Shown: positions 16,330 to 25,423, counted from the stretch's first letter. The stretch is 57,669 nt of DNA from Eubacteriales bacterium (GCA_018383975.1 JAHAZT010000003.1:1-57669); one strand, 5' to 3'. Notes: generated by a model not told the origin, from the letters alone. Made by a program: numbers and translations.

Positions 16330-17649
16330 ATGGCAACAGTTGTAATCATGCCGAGACAGGGGCAGAGCGTCGAAAGCTGCATTATCACCGAATGGAAAAA
16401 GAAAGTCGGCGATAAGATAAACGTCGGCGACGTGCTGTTTTCATATGAAACCGACAAGTCCGCTTTTGACGAGGCGGCAACCGTCGAGGGCACACTTCTC
16501 AAGGTTTTTGCCGAAGAAGGCGATGACGTTCCCTGCCTTGAAGCCGTCTGCATAATCGGCGCTGAGGGCGAGGATGTTTCCGCTTTCGTTCCGAAGAAGG
16601 ACGAAGGGTCGACCGCGACCGCAGAAACAACAAAGGAAGAGAAGAAAGAAGAAGCGCCCGCAGTGGCGGAGGCTGTCGCGACGGGTACCGCAAATGTAGG
16701 CGGCAGACTGAAAATATCGCCGAGGGCGAGAAATCTCGTCGCCAAAACGGACGCCGACGTATCAAAGGCAGTCCCGACGGGACCCGACGGCAGAATTATC
16801 GAGCGCGATATTCAGAAGGTGCTTGACGCAGGACTTACCGTAAGCGCGGAGACAGCGGAAAAGCTCCTCCGCGGCGAAAAAGTCGTCTTTGCGGAGACGA
16901 AGGCGGAGGAATTCCACGTTCCGGCAGCCGCTCCCGAAGCAAAAACCGGCTATACGGACGAAAAAATGTCCCAGATACGCAAGGTTATTTCAAAATCAAT
17001 GCACACCTCCCTCACCGAGCTTGCACAGCTCACGCTCACAACGTCATTTGACGCGTCGGCGCTCGTTGCGCTCAGAGCAAGCCTCAAAGCGGGCGGCGAG
17101 GCTATGGGCGTCGGCAACATAACATATAACGATATGATACTTTTCGCCGTTGCGAAAACGCTTGCGACAGGCAAATACAAAGCCCTCAACGCAAACCTCA
17201 TCGGCGGCGACACAATGAGATATTTTGAAGGCGTTCACCTCGGAATAGCGGTCGATACGGAAAGAGGTCTTATGGTTCCGACGGTATTTGACGCGCAGAG
17301 GTTGACTCTCTCCGAGCTTGCAAAGCAGGCAAAGACGCTCGCCGTCGACTGCCAGAGCGGCAAAGCCAATCCGGACGTTCTCCGCGGCGCATCGTTTACG
17401 ATAAGCAATATCGGGCCGACGGGCATCGAGAGCTTCACGCCGGTAATCAATCCGCCGCAGACGGCAATCCTCGGCGTTTGCTCGCTGACAAAGAGAGTAA
17501 AGGAAAAGGACGGCGCACCCGTTTTCTATCCGTGCATTCCCCTTTCTCTGACAATCGACCACAGAGCGGTTGACGGTGCACCTGCGGCAAAATTCCTTTC
17601 GGAGCTTGTCCGCAATCTTGAAAACTTCAATCTGCTGCTGACAATCTGA
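16330..17649 (+). CDS. Dihydrolipoamide acyltransferase (E2) of a 2-oxoacid/acetoin dehydrogenase complex
   Basis: Lipoyl domain with ETDKS, a subunit-binding domain (ISPRARNLV) and the catalytic DHRAVDGA. ATG at 16330 has GGAGA 5 nt upstream; an ATG at 16318 is the alternative. Confidence 0.85.
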   Translation: MATVVIMPRQGQSVESCIITEWKKKVGDKINVGDVLFSYETDKSAFDEAATVEGTLLKVFAEEGDDVPCLEAVCIIGAEGEDVSAFVPKKDEGSTATAETTKEEKKEEAPAVAEAVATGTANVGGRLKISPRARNLVAKTDADVSKAVPTGPDGRIIERDIQKVLDAGLTVSAETAEKLLRGEKVVFAETKAEEFHVPAAAPEAKTGYTDEKMSQIRKVISKSMHTSLTELAQLTLTTSFDASALVALRASLKAGGEAMGVGNITYNDMILFAVAKTLATGKYKALNANLIGGDTMRYFEGVHLGIAVDTERGLMVPTVFDAQRLTLSELAKQAKTLAVDCQSGKANPDVLRGASFTISNIGPTGIESFTPVINPPQTAILGVCSLTKRVKEKDGAPVFYPCIPLSLTIDHRAVDGAPAAKFLSELVRNLENFNLLLTI

Positions 17650-17772
17650 TATTTTATACAGTAGTATAAGATGTTTGTCAAGAGAGTTACACAATAGTAT
17701 AAAACAATGCTTTTCCCTGACGGCGGCAGGAAAAAGCACAAAATAAAAATCCGCCGATGAAAGGACAAACAC

Positions 17773-19134
17773 ATGTATGACCTTATCGTTCTGGGCGGAG
17801 GTCCCGCGGGCTATAACGCTGCCGAGCGTGCCGCTCATAAGGGACTGAAAACCCTTGTGCTCGAAGGAAGAGCGCTCGGAGGCGTATGCTTAAACGAAGG
17901 CTGCGTGCCGACAAAAACCCTTCTTTACAGTGCAAAAATATTCGATTACACAAAGCACGGCGACGCATACGGCGTAAAGTGCGAGGGCTCCTCCCTTGAC
18001 CACGCATTCGTCGTCGGAAGAAAAAACAAGGTCGTAAAACAGCTGACGGGCGGCATCGCAATGCAGCTCAAAAGCGCGGGAGCCGACGTCGTATCCGAAT
18101 TCGGTATTATAAAAGGAAGAGATTCCGAAGGATTTACGGTCGAAGCGGCGGGCAAGGAGTATAAAGGCGCACGACTTCTCATCTGCACAGGCTCGGACGC
18201 TCTCGTTCCCCCGATCGAGGGACTTCGCGAGTCCGTCGCAGGCGGCTTTGCAATGACAAATCGCGAAATCCTCGATATGGAGACCGTCCCCGAAAGGCTG
18301 ACAGTCATCGGCGGCGGTGTCATCGGGCTTGAAATGGCTTCGTATTTCTGCTCGGCAGGCTCAAAGGTGACCGTTGTTGAAATGCTGGATCACATTGCAG
18401 GACCGACGGACGGCGAAATTTCCAAAATACTTCTCAAAAACTATCAGAAAAAGGGCGTAAACTTCATTCTCGGCGCAAAGGTGACGAAGGTCGGCGAAGG
18501 AAAAGTGGTTTACGAAAAGGACGGCAAAGCCGAAAGCGTGGACGCGGACAAGGTGCTCGTATCCATCGGCAGACGCGCGCACACGCAGGGCATCGGGCTT
18601 GAAAACGTCGGCGTTCTGACGGAAAGAGGCGCAATCGTGACGGACGAATACTGCCGCACAAGCGTTCCGGGAATATGGGCTGCGGGCGACGTGAACGGAA
18701 AGTCAATGCTGGCGCACACCGCGTATCGCGAGGGCGAGGTTGCCGTTGCGAACATGCTCGGCGGAAAAGAACGCGTAAACTACCTTTCAATCCCCTCCGT
18801 CATATACACAAATCCGGAGGTTGCCTCCGTCGGCGAGACGAGCGAGAGCGTGAAAGCCAAGGGCATTGAGGCAAAGACCGCATCCGTAACGCTGAAATAC
18901 AGCGGCAGATACGTTGCCGAAAACGAAGGCGGAGACGGCATCGTCAAGCTGATTGTTGACAAAGAACACAACCGCCTGATCGGTGTTCATATGATAGGAA
19001 ATTATGCTTCCGAAATAATTTACGGAGCCGCTATGATGGTTGAAAAGGAAATGCGGATTGACGATGTCAAAAAGTTCGTATTCCCGCACCCGACGGTTTG
19101 CGAGGTCATTCGCGAAGCGATGTTCATGATATAA
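17773..19134 (+). CDS. lpdA: Dihydrolipoyl dehydrogenase (E3)
   Basis: 453 aa. FAD motif GGGPAGY, the redox disulfide GGVCLNEGCVPTK, and C-terminal HPTVCEV. Confidence 0.9.
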   Translation: MYDLIVLGGGPAGYNAAERAAHKGLKTLVLEGRALGGVCLNEGCVPTKTLLYSAKIFDYTKHGDAYGVKCEGSSLDHAFVVGRKNKVVKQLTGGIAMQLKSAGADVVSEFGIIKGRDSEGFTVEAAGKEYKGARLLICTGSDALVPPIEGLRESVAGGFAMTNREILDMETVPERLTVIGGGVIGLEMASYFCSAGSKVTVVEMLDHIAGPTDGEISKILLKNYQKKGVNFILGAKVTKVGEGKVVYEKDGKAESVDADKVLVSIGRRAHTQGIGLENVGVLTERGAIVTDEYCRTSVPGIWAAGDVNGKSMLAHTAYREGEVAVANMLGGKERVNYLSIPSVIYTNPEVASVGETSESVKAKGIEAKTASVTLKYSGRYVAENEGGDGIVKLIVDKEHNRLIGVHMIGNYASEIIYGAAMMVEKEMRIDDVKKFVFPHPTVCEVIREAMFMI

Positions 19135-19219
19135 TATACAAAAGTATAATATTGCGATAATCCTTGCGGTGGCGGGATATTGCGAAAAACAAGTCCACCG
19201 GGAAAGAGAGATTGAAATT

Positions 19220-21691
19220 ATGCCTAAGAGCCAATATGTAGACCCCAACAGAGCGTTTGACAGCGGTTTTATCAAATTCCATGATATTCCCGTTTGCCAA
19301 TACAGCCTTACAATTGAAGATGAGAAGAAAATCTATTCAAAGCAGGATCTCATCAATATTTATCGCGACATGGCTATCATCCGCGAGTTTGAAACCATGC
19401 TCAACGAAATCAAAACAAAGAGCGTTTATAACGGCGTTGAATACAACAACCCCGGTCCCGCTCACCTTTCGCTCGGTCAGGAGGCGTCCGCCGTCGGTCA
19501 GGCTTACTGCCTTGACAACAGCGACTTCACCTTCGGCTCTCACAGAAGCCACGGCGAAATCATCGCAAAGGGACTTTCCTCTATAAAGAAACTCGACAAT
19601 ACCGAGCTTTACGACATAATGAAAACCTTCCTCGACGGCTCCATTCTTTCCGTTGTCGAAGGCAGAGAGGAAATCAAGGGCGACGTGAAGGATCTCGCAA
19701 TCGACTTCCTTCTCTACGGTGCGCTTGCCGAAATTTTTGCAAGAAGAACAGGCTTCAACCGCGGTCTTGGCGGATCGATGCACGCATTCTTCATTCCCTT
19801 CGGTATATTCCCGAACAACGCTATCGTCGGCGGCTCGGCGGCAATCGCAATGGGCGCGGCGCTCTATAAGAGATCCAATCACAAAAAAGGCATCGTCATA
19901 GCAAACTCCGGCGACGGCGCACTCGGCAGAGGTCCCGTTCTCGAAGCGCTCAATATGTCCTCCATGGACCAGATCAGACAGCTCTGGGGCGAGGGCGGCG
20001 GACTTCCGATACTCTTCAACGTGTTCAACAACTTCTACGGAATGGGCGGTCAGACGAAGGGCGAAACGATGGCTTGGGGTCAGGCGGCGAGAGTCGGCGC
20101 GGGCGTAAATCCCGATCAGATGCACGCGGAAACCGTCAACGGTTATGACCCGCTCGCAGTCATCGACGCAACGACGAGACAGAAGGATCTCCTTCTCCGC
20201 GGCGAAGGCCCCGCAATGCTGGAGGTCATCACATACAGAACAACGGGTCACTCCCCCTCCGACTCCTCCACATACAGAACGCAGGAGGAAATCGAAGCAT
20301 GGAAAAACGCAGACCCGATCAAGGCGTACAGAACAAAGCTCATCCTCGGCGGCGTTGCAACGGAAGCCGAGCTTGACGCCATCCACGATACGATCGTCCG
20401 CCGTATGACAAAGATCTGCCGTCTCGCCGTCGATGAAACACTCTCGCCGAGAATGGATCTCGATAAAGAGCCGGAGGCAATCTCCTCCATTATGCTCTCA
20501 AACAAGAAGGTTCCGAGCATGGATCCCACGAGAGAAGCCGAGGTTCTCATCCCGAAGGAAGAAAATCCGAGACTCAAATCGCTCAAGGTCAAATCCCGCT
20601 GGGCATTTGATGCTGACGGCAAGGCTCTTCCGAAGATGAAGATCTACGGTCTCCGCGACGGTCTCTTTGAGCCGATCCTCGACAAATTCTATGAGGATCC
20701 GACTCTCATTGCCTATGGCGAAGACAACCGTGACTGGGGCGGCGCGTTCGCCGTTTACAGAGGTCTGACCGAGGCTATTCCCTATCACCGCTTCTTCAAT
20801 GCACCTATTTCCGAGTCTGCAATCGTCGGCTCTGCCGTCGGTTACGCAATGGCGGGCGGACGCGCGATAGTCGAGCTTATGTATGCCGACTTTATCGGCT
20901 GCGCCGGCGACGAAATATTCAACCAGCTCTCCAAGTGGCAGTCGATGAGCGCGGGAATTCTCAAAATGCCCGTTATTCTCCGCGTTTCCGTCGGTAACAA
21001 GTACGGCGCGCAGCACAGCCAGGACTGGACGGCTCTCTGCGCTCACATTCCGGGACTCAAAGTCGTATTCCCCGCAACGCCTTATGACGCAAAAGGACTT
21101 ATGACGGAAGCCCTCAACGGCACAGACCCCGTCATCTTCTTTGAAAGCCAGAGAATTTACGATATCGGCGAGCAGTTCCACAAGGGCGGCGTTCCCGAAA
21201 CTCCTTATGAAATCAGAATCGGCGATCCCGATATCAAGCGCGAAGGCAAGGACGTCACGATTCTCTCCATCGGCGCGACGCTTTATCGCGCTATGGACGC
21301 CGCAAAGATACTCCACGACAAATACGGCGTTGAAGCCGAGGTCATCGACGCGCGCAGCATAGTTCCCTTCGATTACGAAAAGGTTCTCGAATCCGTAAAG
21401 AAGACGGGCAGAATCATCATAACGGGCGACGCCTGCGACCGCAACTCCGTAATGAGAGATATGGCTTCCAACATTGCCGAGCTTGCATTTGACTATCTCG
21501 ACGCACCGCCCACAGTCGTCGGTTCAAGAAACTGGATAACTCCTTCAAAGGAGCTTGACCCCTGGTTCTTCCCGCAGGCAGACACGATCGTCGATGCCGT
21601 AAACGACAGACTTCTCCCCCTCCCCGGTCACGTTTCAACTCACAACTTCACGGATATCGAAAGACTCAACAGACTTAAAAACGGTATCTGA
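19220..21691 (+). CDS. Fused E1 alpha-beta (TPP-dependent dehydrogenase E1 component)
   Basis: About 823 aa. The alpha part carries the TPP motif GDGA..NN (NSGDGALGRG...NNFYGMG). The beta/transketolase-like part has ISESAIVGSAVGYAMAGG. ATG at 19220; the ORF-track start at 19169 is GTG. Confidence 0.8.
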   Translation: MPKSQYVDPNRAFDSGFIKFHDIPVCQYSLTIEDEKKIYSKQDLINIYRDMAIIREFETMLNEIKTKSVYNGVEYNNPGPAHLSLGQEASAVGQAYCLDNSDFTFGSHRSHGEIIAKGLSSIKKLDNTELYDIMKTFLDGSILSVVEGREEIKGDVKDLAIDFLLYGALAEIFARRTGFNRGLGGSMHAFFIPFGIFPNNAIVGGSAAIAMGAALYKRSNHKKGIVIANSGDGALGRGPVLEALNMSSMDQIRQLWGEGGGLPILFNVFNNFYGMGGQTKGETMAWGQAARVGAGVNPDQMHAETVNGYDPLAVIDATTRQKDLLLRGEGPAMLEVITYRTTGHSPSDSSTYRTQEEIEAWKNADPIKAYRTKLILGGVATEAELDAIHDTIVRRMTKICRLAVDETLSPRMDLDKEPEAISSIMLSNKKVPSMDPTREAEVLIPKEENPRLKSLKVKSRWAFDADGKALPKMKIYGLRDGLFEPILDKFYEDPTLIAYGEDNRDWGGAFAVYRGLTEAIPYHRFFNAPISESAIVGSAVGYAMAGGRAIVELMYADFIGCAGDEIFNQLSKWQSMSAGILKMPVILRVSVGNKYGAQHSQDWTALCAHIPGLKVVFPATPYDAKGLMTEALNGTDPVIFFESQRIYDIGEQFHKGGVPETPYEIRIGDPDIKREGKDVTILSIGATLYRAMDAAKILHDKYGVEAEVIDARSIVPFDYEKVLESVKKTGRIIITGDACDRNSVMRDMASNIAELAFDYLDAPPTVVGSRNWITPSKELDPWFFPQADTIVDAVNDRLLPLPGHVSTHNFTDIERLNRLKNGI

Positions 21692-21704
21692 TAATCCAAT
21701 CGGC

Positions 21705-21741
21705 AAAACAGCCGTCGTGCTCATCGCACGACGGCTGTTTT
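21705..21741. terminator. Bidirectional intrinsic terminator
   Basis: 16-bp stem aaaacagccgtcgtgc / gcacgacggctgtttt between convergent genes. Confidence 0.85.
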
Positions 21742-22269
21742 TTATGAAATGTAATTTTCGTTGTTTGCAAATACGTTATAGCTGGCGGCAAGAGCGTCCC
21801 ACGTTTTGCGGTCGACATTGCCAGTTTCCTCTATGCGGTGGTAACGCTGAAAAAGCTTTACCCCATCGCAGGTGGCTTCGTCGTATACACCCGTCACTTC
21901 AACGTTTTCAAGTCCGTCATAGGTGTGCGAAATGTCGCCGAGCATAACCTGTATCACATACACGAGCGAGCTTTTTTCGCCCGGCTTTGCCACGTAGTCC
22001 GCGCTCGGAAAAATGCTTACGGAATTCCCTCCCGATGCGTAATTCTGTGCCAGTGCCGACTCCGCTCTCAATGCGTTCCACGTTGCAAAGTCCGCCGTTC
22101 CCGTTGGTGCAAGCCCCATCTGTCGCTGAAAAATGCGAAGCGCATCCGTCGTTTCCTTGTCGAATACGCCGTCCGGATTTATTCTCGGCACGTCTTTGTG
22201 TATATATGATACCGCGCGGAGCATTTTCTGAAGCTCCGTCACCTGTGCTTTTTTACTGCTGTCCGTCAT
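21742..22269 (-). CDS. Protein made of two peptidoglycan-binding (PG_binding_1) repeats
   Basis: 175 aa from the ATG at 22269 (SD ggagacggcg). Two repeats of type LQ..L......P.I.PDGVFD..T..A...FQ....L..TG..D..TW. Overlaps the upstream gene by 17 nt. Confidence 0.65.
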   Translation of the reverse strand: MTDSSKKAQVTELQKMLRAVSYIHKDVPRINPDGVFDKETTDALRIFQRQMGLAPTGTADFATWNALRAESALAQNYASGGNSVSIFPSADYVAKPGEKSSLVYVIQVMLGDISHTYDGLENVEVTGVYDEATCDGVKLFQRYHRIEETGNVDRKTWDALAASYNVFANNENYIS

Positions 22270-23674
22270 CGCCGTCTCCTTCCGATAAAACCTCTCCCGA
22301 ATACTGGTATTCGCTTCTTGTGTTCCCGCCGACCTGCTCGTAAGCGTCCGCAAGCTCCGTCCAGAGCACAGGACCGACAACCCCGCTTATAAAAAGCCCG
22401 AACACAGCCTGCGCGGCATAGACTGCATTTCTCGTGTCCGTTCCGAACACTCCGTCGACAGTCACTTGCGGTATCTGCGGATAAATTTCGTGCGCGGCAT
22501 TTATATACCGCTGTAAAATTTCAACGTTTTTCCCCTCCGACCCGTATTTCAGAAATACGCCGGGGAACGGCACCGCGCCGTCGGGCAATTCGTACTCCAT
22601 AGAGGAAATTATTCCGTAATACACGTCAAACATCTTATTCCACGTCCTCCCGTCGATAACGCCCGTGACGGGAAGGTCATATGCCTGCTGAAACGCGCGG
22701 ACGGCAGCCGTGGTGCTCTCTCCGAAATAGCCGTCGACGGCAACCGTCGGCACGGCGGGATTGAATTCCGAAATAAAGCGCAGATAATATTGCACCGTTT
22801 TTATGTCCTCTCCGCTGTCGCCCTCGCTCAGAAGATCCTTGAACTGATTTGAAATTTCATCGTCACGGATGCCCTCGCTGTCAAGCTCGCTCAGGCGTTT
22901 TACGGCGTTGTAAACACGCTGTATGCTGTACCATGTCGACTTGTCGACGGTACCCGTCCGGTTGAGAGTGAATATTCTCTGAAATTCGCGTACGGCGTTT
23001 TCCGTTTCAACCCCGAACACACCGTCAACCTTCGGTATTTTCGGTATAGACGGATAATTTGTCGATATTCTGTTCAGCCGCACCTGAATGAATTTCACGT
23101 CGTTGCCCGCGCTTCCCTCTCCGAGAAGAATGTTCGGCGGAGATGGCTCGAGCGCCTGCACGGGCGCATTTTCGACAAGCCCTATGTCCTCCCCGTAATA
23201 CCTTGTGAGGATGTCATATGCGCCGAGGCCCTCGTTTGCAAGCGACACACTTCCCCATTGGGAAAGACCGTCGCAGGTTACGGTCGTGCCGTTGCAATAA
23301 ACGGCAAAAAGCGGCTCTATATATCCCTCGCGGACTATATAATCATTGAAAATTTCGTCAACGATTATGCTTATGTTATCAAAAATGTCTCTGTCGCGCA
23401 CAAATGCCTGGTCGTATGCCGTGGAATTCGTTATATCGAAATCGTACCCGCGCGATCGGTAATGCTCCGTATATATCCTGTTCAGCGCAAAGGAAATCTG
23501 CGCATAGATATTTGCCCGCAGAGCAGCCTCCGGCCATGTCGGATAAATCTCGCTCGACGCAACGTTTTTTATGTAATCCGCAAAGCCGACGCTCACGTTT
23601 TCCGCGCTTTTGTTGTCGGGCGCGCCGAGGTGCACCGTTATATACTCCGGCACAACGGGATAGCGTGCATTCAA
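22253..23674 (-). CDS. SleC-like spore cortex-lytic enzyme, mature part (SpoIID-like catalytic region + three PG_binding_1 repeats)
   Basis: 473 aa. From memory, VPEYITVHLG, YIKNVASSEIYPTWPEAALRANIYAQISFALNRIYTEHYRSRGYDFDITNSTAYDQ and LSQWGS..L match clostridial SleC closely. TTG start at 23674 with GAGGTG 8 nt upstream. Confidence 0.6.
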   Translation of the reverse strand: MNARYPVVPEYITVHLGAPDNKSAENVSVGFADYIKNVASSEIYPTWPEAALRANIYAQISFALNRIYTEHYRSRGYDFDITNSTAYDQAFVRDRDIFDNISIIVDEIFNDYIVREGYIEPLFAVYCNGTTVTCDGLSQWGSVSLANEGLGAYDILTRYYGEDIGLVENAPVQALEPSPPNILLGEGSAGNDVKFIQVRLNRISTNYPSIPKIPKVDGVFGVETENAVREFQRIFTLNRTGTVDKSTWYSIQRVYNAVKRLSELDSEGIRDDEISNQFKDLLSEGDSGEDIKTVQYYLRFISEFNPAVPTVAVDGYFGESTTAAVRAFQQAYDLPVTGVIDGRTWNKMFDVYYGIISSMEYELPDGAVPFPGVFLKYGSEGKNVEILQRYINAAHEIYPQIPQVTVDGVFGTDTRNAVYAAQAVFGLFISGVVGPVLWTELADAYEQVGGNTRSEYQYSGEVLSEGDGDDGQQ

Positions 23675-24078
23675 AGCTTCGGCACCTCGCTTTCCGTTAT
23701 GATATAGTTCCCGCTGGGATACTTGTCAAACCGGACGCTCTCCGGCAGGGGTATCATATTGACGGTCTGCGTGCTTGATATGCCCGAATATATCGGAACA
23801 CCCGTAAGCATAACCGAATAGTAGCCCTCCGCATAAATCCCGACGTTTACAAGCGAATACGGTGTTTCTCCTCCGGGAGAGAGCGAATTTGAAGCGGGCG
23901 GAGCGGGAATTTCAAGCGGGTCGGTTTCCCCGTCCTCTCCCGTCACAAGCACCGCAAAAAGCTTTGCGCCGTCGGGCATTTGCCGACGGAAGGAAACCGT
24001 TGCGTCCTTTACGGGAAAAGCCCCGAAGGCAGACTCCGTTCTCACCGTCAGCACGCCGACATTTTCCGTATTGTCCAT
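23671..24078 (-). CDS. Stand-alone homolog of the SleC N-terminal pre/pro region (carboxypeptidase-regulatory-like beta sandwich)
   Basis: 135 aa. GVLTVRTESAFGAFPVKDATVSF...GETDPLEIPAPP...YSLVNVGIYAEGYYSVMLTGVPIYSG parallels the N-terminal domain of clostridial SleC. Its stop overlaps the TTG start of the next ORF. Confidence 0.5.
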   Translation of the reverse strand: MDNTENVGVLTVRTESAFGAFPVKDATVSFRRQMPDGAKLFAVLVTGEDGETDPLEIPAPPASNSLSPGGETPYSLVNVGIYAEGYYSVMLTGVPIYSGISSTQTVNMIPLPESVRFDKYPSGNYIITESEVPKL

Positions 24079-24144
24079 ATTTGTTTTTTCACCTCCGTTA
24101 CGGTCTGATACTATTTTATGGCGTCGGCCCGCTTTGCGTTACAC

Positions 24145-24186
24145 AAAAAATCCCTCCGGACTTTTTTATCCGGAGGGCAGTTTTTA
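24145..24186. terminator. Bidirectional intrinsic terminator
   Basis: Stem ccctccgga / tccggaggg flanked by an A-run and a T-run. Confidence 0.75.
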
Positions 24187-24205
24187 TTCGTTTTTCCAAA
24201 GGCGA

Positions 24206-24946
24206 TTATTCCTTTGCGACGGAGGTATTCTCCGCTTCGTCGGTCCTTTGACGCTTTGCGTAAATCCTCGTGACGGTTGCTCCCGCGGCGCAGATTACGA
24301 TTATTGTCAGAAGCGAAAGCGAGAGGATGAGGGTTATAATGTTGCGCGTGTTCTTTCTCACGAGCTTGGGGAGCGAATCGAATCTGACGGTGAAGCAGTC
24401 GAAGCAGACGTAACGGATTGAGCCTTCTTCGTCATACGTCGCTTTCTTGTCGACGCTGCCCGAATTCCAATGGTGCATAACGATGGGTTCTTTGCCCTTG
24501 TATTCGCCGGTGACGGTTTTGGACGCAATGCATTTTATATAGATATTGCCTGCGTTTTCAACCTCTCCGCTTAAGTCGACGTTGCAGTTCAGCGTGACGT
24601 TGACCTCCTCGAAAATGTAAACATAGTTTTCGATATAGAGAGTATGGTCGCCGTTTACGGAAATATCGGCGTTGAGCATCAGTCTTTCCGTAAGGTGCGC
24701 GTCCTTAAGAAGCGTTATCGACCCGCCCTTCCCCGAAAGCGCATTTATCGCCTCGTCGAACGTGCCGTAATATCTTTTGTTTCCCACCTCCCATTTCACC
24801 TCGCCCGTCTGGATCGGCTCGGGATTTGTCGTCGTGACAGGGGAAGCGGTCGCTGTTGTTCCGTCTGTCGCGAGCGCCGCAAATGAAAAAGCAGAGGCGC
24901 AAAGCAGCGCCGCCAGCAAAATAACCGTAAACTTCTTTATTTTCAT
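24206..24946 (-). CDS. Secreted protein with C-terminal TM anchor, unknown function
   Basis: 246 aa. Signal peptide (MKIKKFTVILLAALLCASAFSFAALA), a Thr-rich linker, and a C-terminal TM (IITLILSLSLLTIIVICAAGA). Confidence 0.5.
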   Translation of the reverse strand: MKIKKFTVILLAALLCASAFSFAALATDGTTATASPVTTTNPEPIQTGEVKWEVGNKRYYGTFDEAINALSGKGGSITLLKDAHLTERLMLNADISVNGDHTLYIENYVYIFEEVNVTLNCNVDLSGEVENAGNIYIKCIASKTVTGEYKGKEPIVMHHWNSGSVDKKATYDEEGSIRYVCFDCFTVRFDSLPKLVRKNTRNIITLILSLSLLTIIVICAAGATVTRIYAKRQRTDEAENTSVAKE

Positions 24947-24967
24947 AACCGGACTCCCCCGAAAAAT

Positions 24968-25159
24968 TTATTTCTGTTTTTTCTTCACTTCTTTGACGTC
25001 GTAAACATAGTCAAGGTTTATAAGGTGCGCCGCGCCGTCCTTCTCTCTTAGTGTTATCCAGTTTTCCTTTGCCTGTTCTATCGTGCCCTTGTATGAATAA
25101 AGCCCGGCGCAGGCAACCGTACATTCCTTGCCGACAAAACTCTGTATAAGCTCGTTCAT
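24968..25159 (-). CDS. Small soluble protein (63 aa), unknown function (possibly a small beta-barrel of DUF2642 type, which is speculative)
   Basis: ATG at 25159 with GGGAGGAAAA upstream. The ORF-track extension to 25297 is basic low-complexity sequence in a frame that competes with a more plausible TM peptide. Confidence 0.5.
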   Translation of the reverse strand: MNELIQSFVGKECTVACAGLYSYKGTIEQAKENWITLREKDGAAHLINLDYVYDVKEVKKKQK

Positions 25160-25281
25160 AGGTTTTCCTCCCGTTTTTCTGCGTTTTTTGCATTTTTTCT
25201 TGCTCTTCTGCGAAGGTTTATCATCGGCAGCCATACCGCGATAACGAACAATATCAGAATTATGATATATGAGCTGTTCAA
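25156..25281 (-). CDS. Candidate 41-aa membrane peptide translationally coupled to the 63-aa ORF
   Basis: TTG at 25281 has GGGGGTG 5 nt upstream. It translates to (M)NSSYIIILILFVIAVWLPMINLRRRARKNAKNAEKREENL. Its TGA overlaps the downstream ATG (cctATGAac). Not in the ORF track because it is under 60 aa. Confidence 0.35.
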   Translation of the reverse strand: MNSSYIIILILFVIAVWLPMINLRRRARKNAKNAEKREENL

Positions 25282-25361
25282 AGCCGCACCCCCGCATTTA
25301 TTATTTTACTCACATATGTTAACATATTCCGATGTTTTTGTAAAGATAAATCGCAAAAATA

Positions 25362-25390
25362 TTGACATCCGGCAAGGTGTTGTATATAAT
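25362..25390 (+). promoter_or_regulatory. Consensus sigma-A promoter of gpmI
   Basis: TTGACA (25362-25367), 17 nt, TATAAT (25385-25390). Confidence 0.75.
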
Positions 25391-25423
25391 TAGCCTGTAA
25401 AATTATGAAAAGAGGAAACCATT

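Noticed and set aside
19337-20386. Long antisense ORFs opposite well-supported genes: 19337-20386, 54254-55291, 26282-27244, 48303-49673, 17044-17838, 20498-21316, 7821-8732 and 38339-39520.
   Set aside because: Each lies entirely within, and antisense to, a gene with clear family motifs (E1, parC, gpmI, addB, E2/E3, M6 protease, spoIVB). The translations are Arg/Cys/Phe-rich with no motifs. These are shadow ORFs typical of GC-rich coding DNA.
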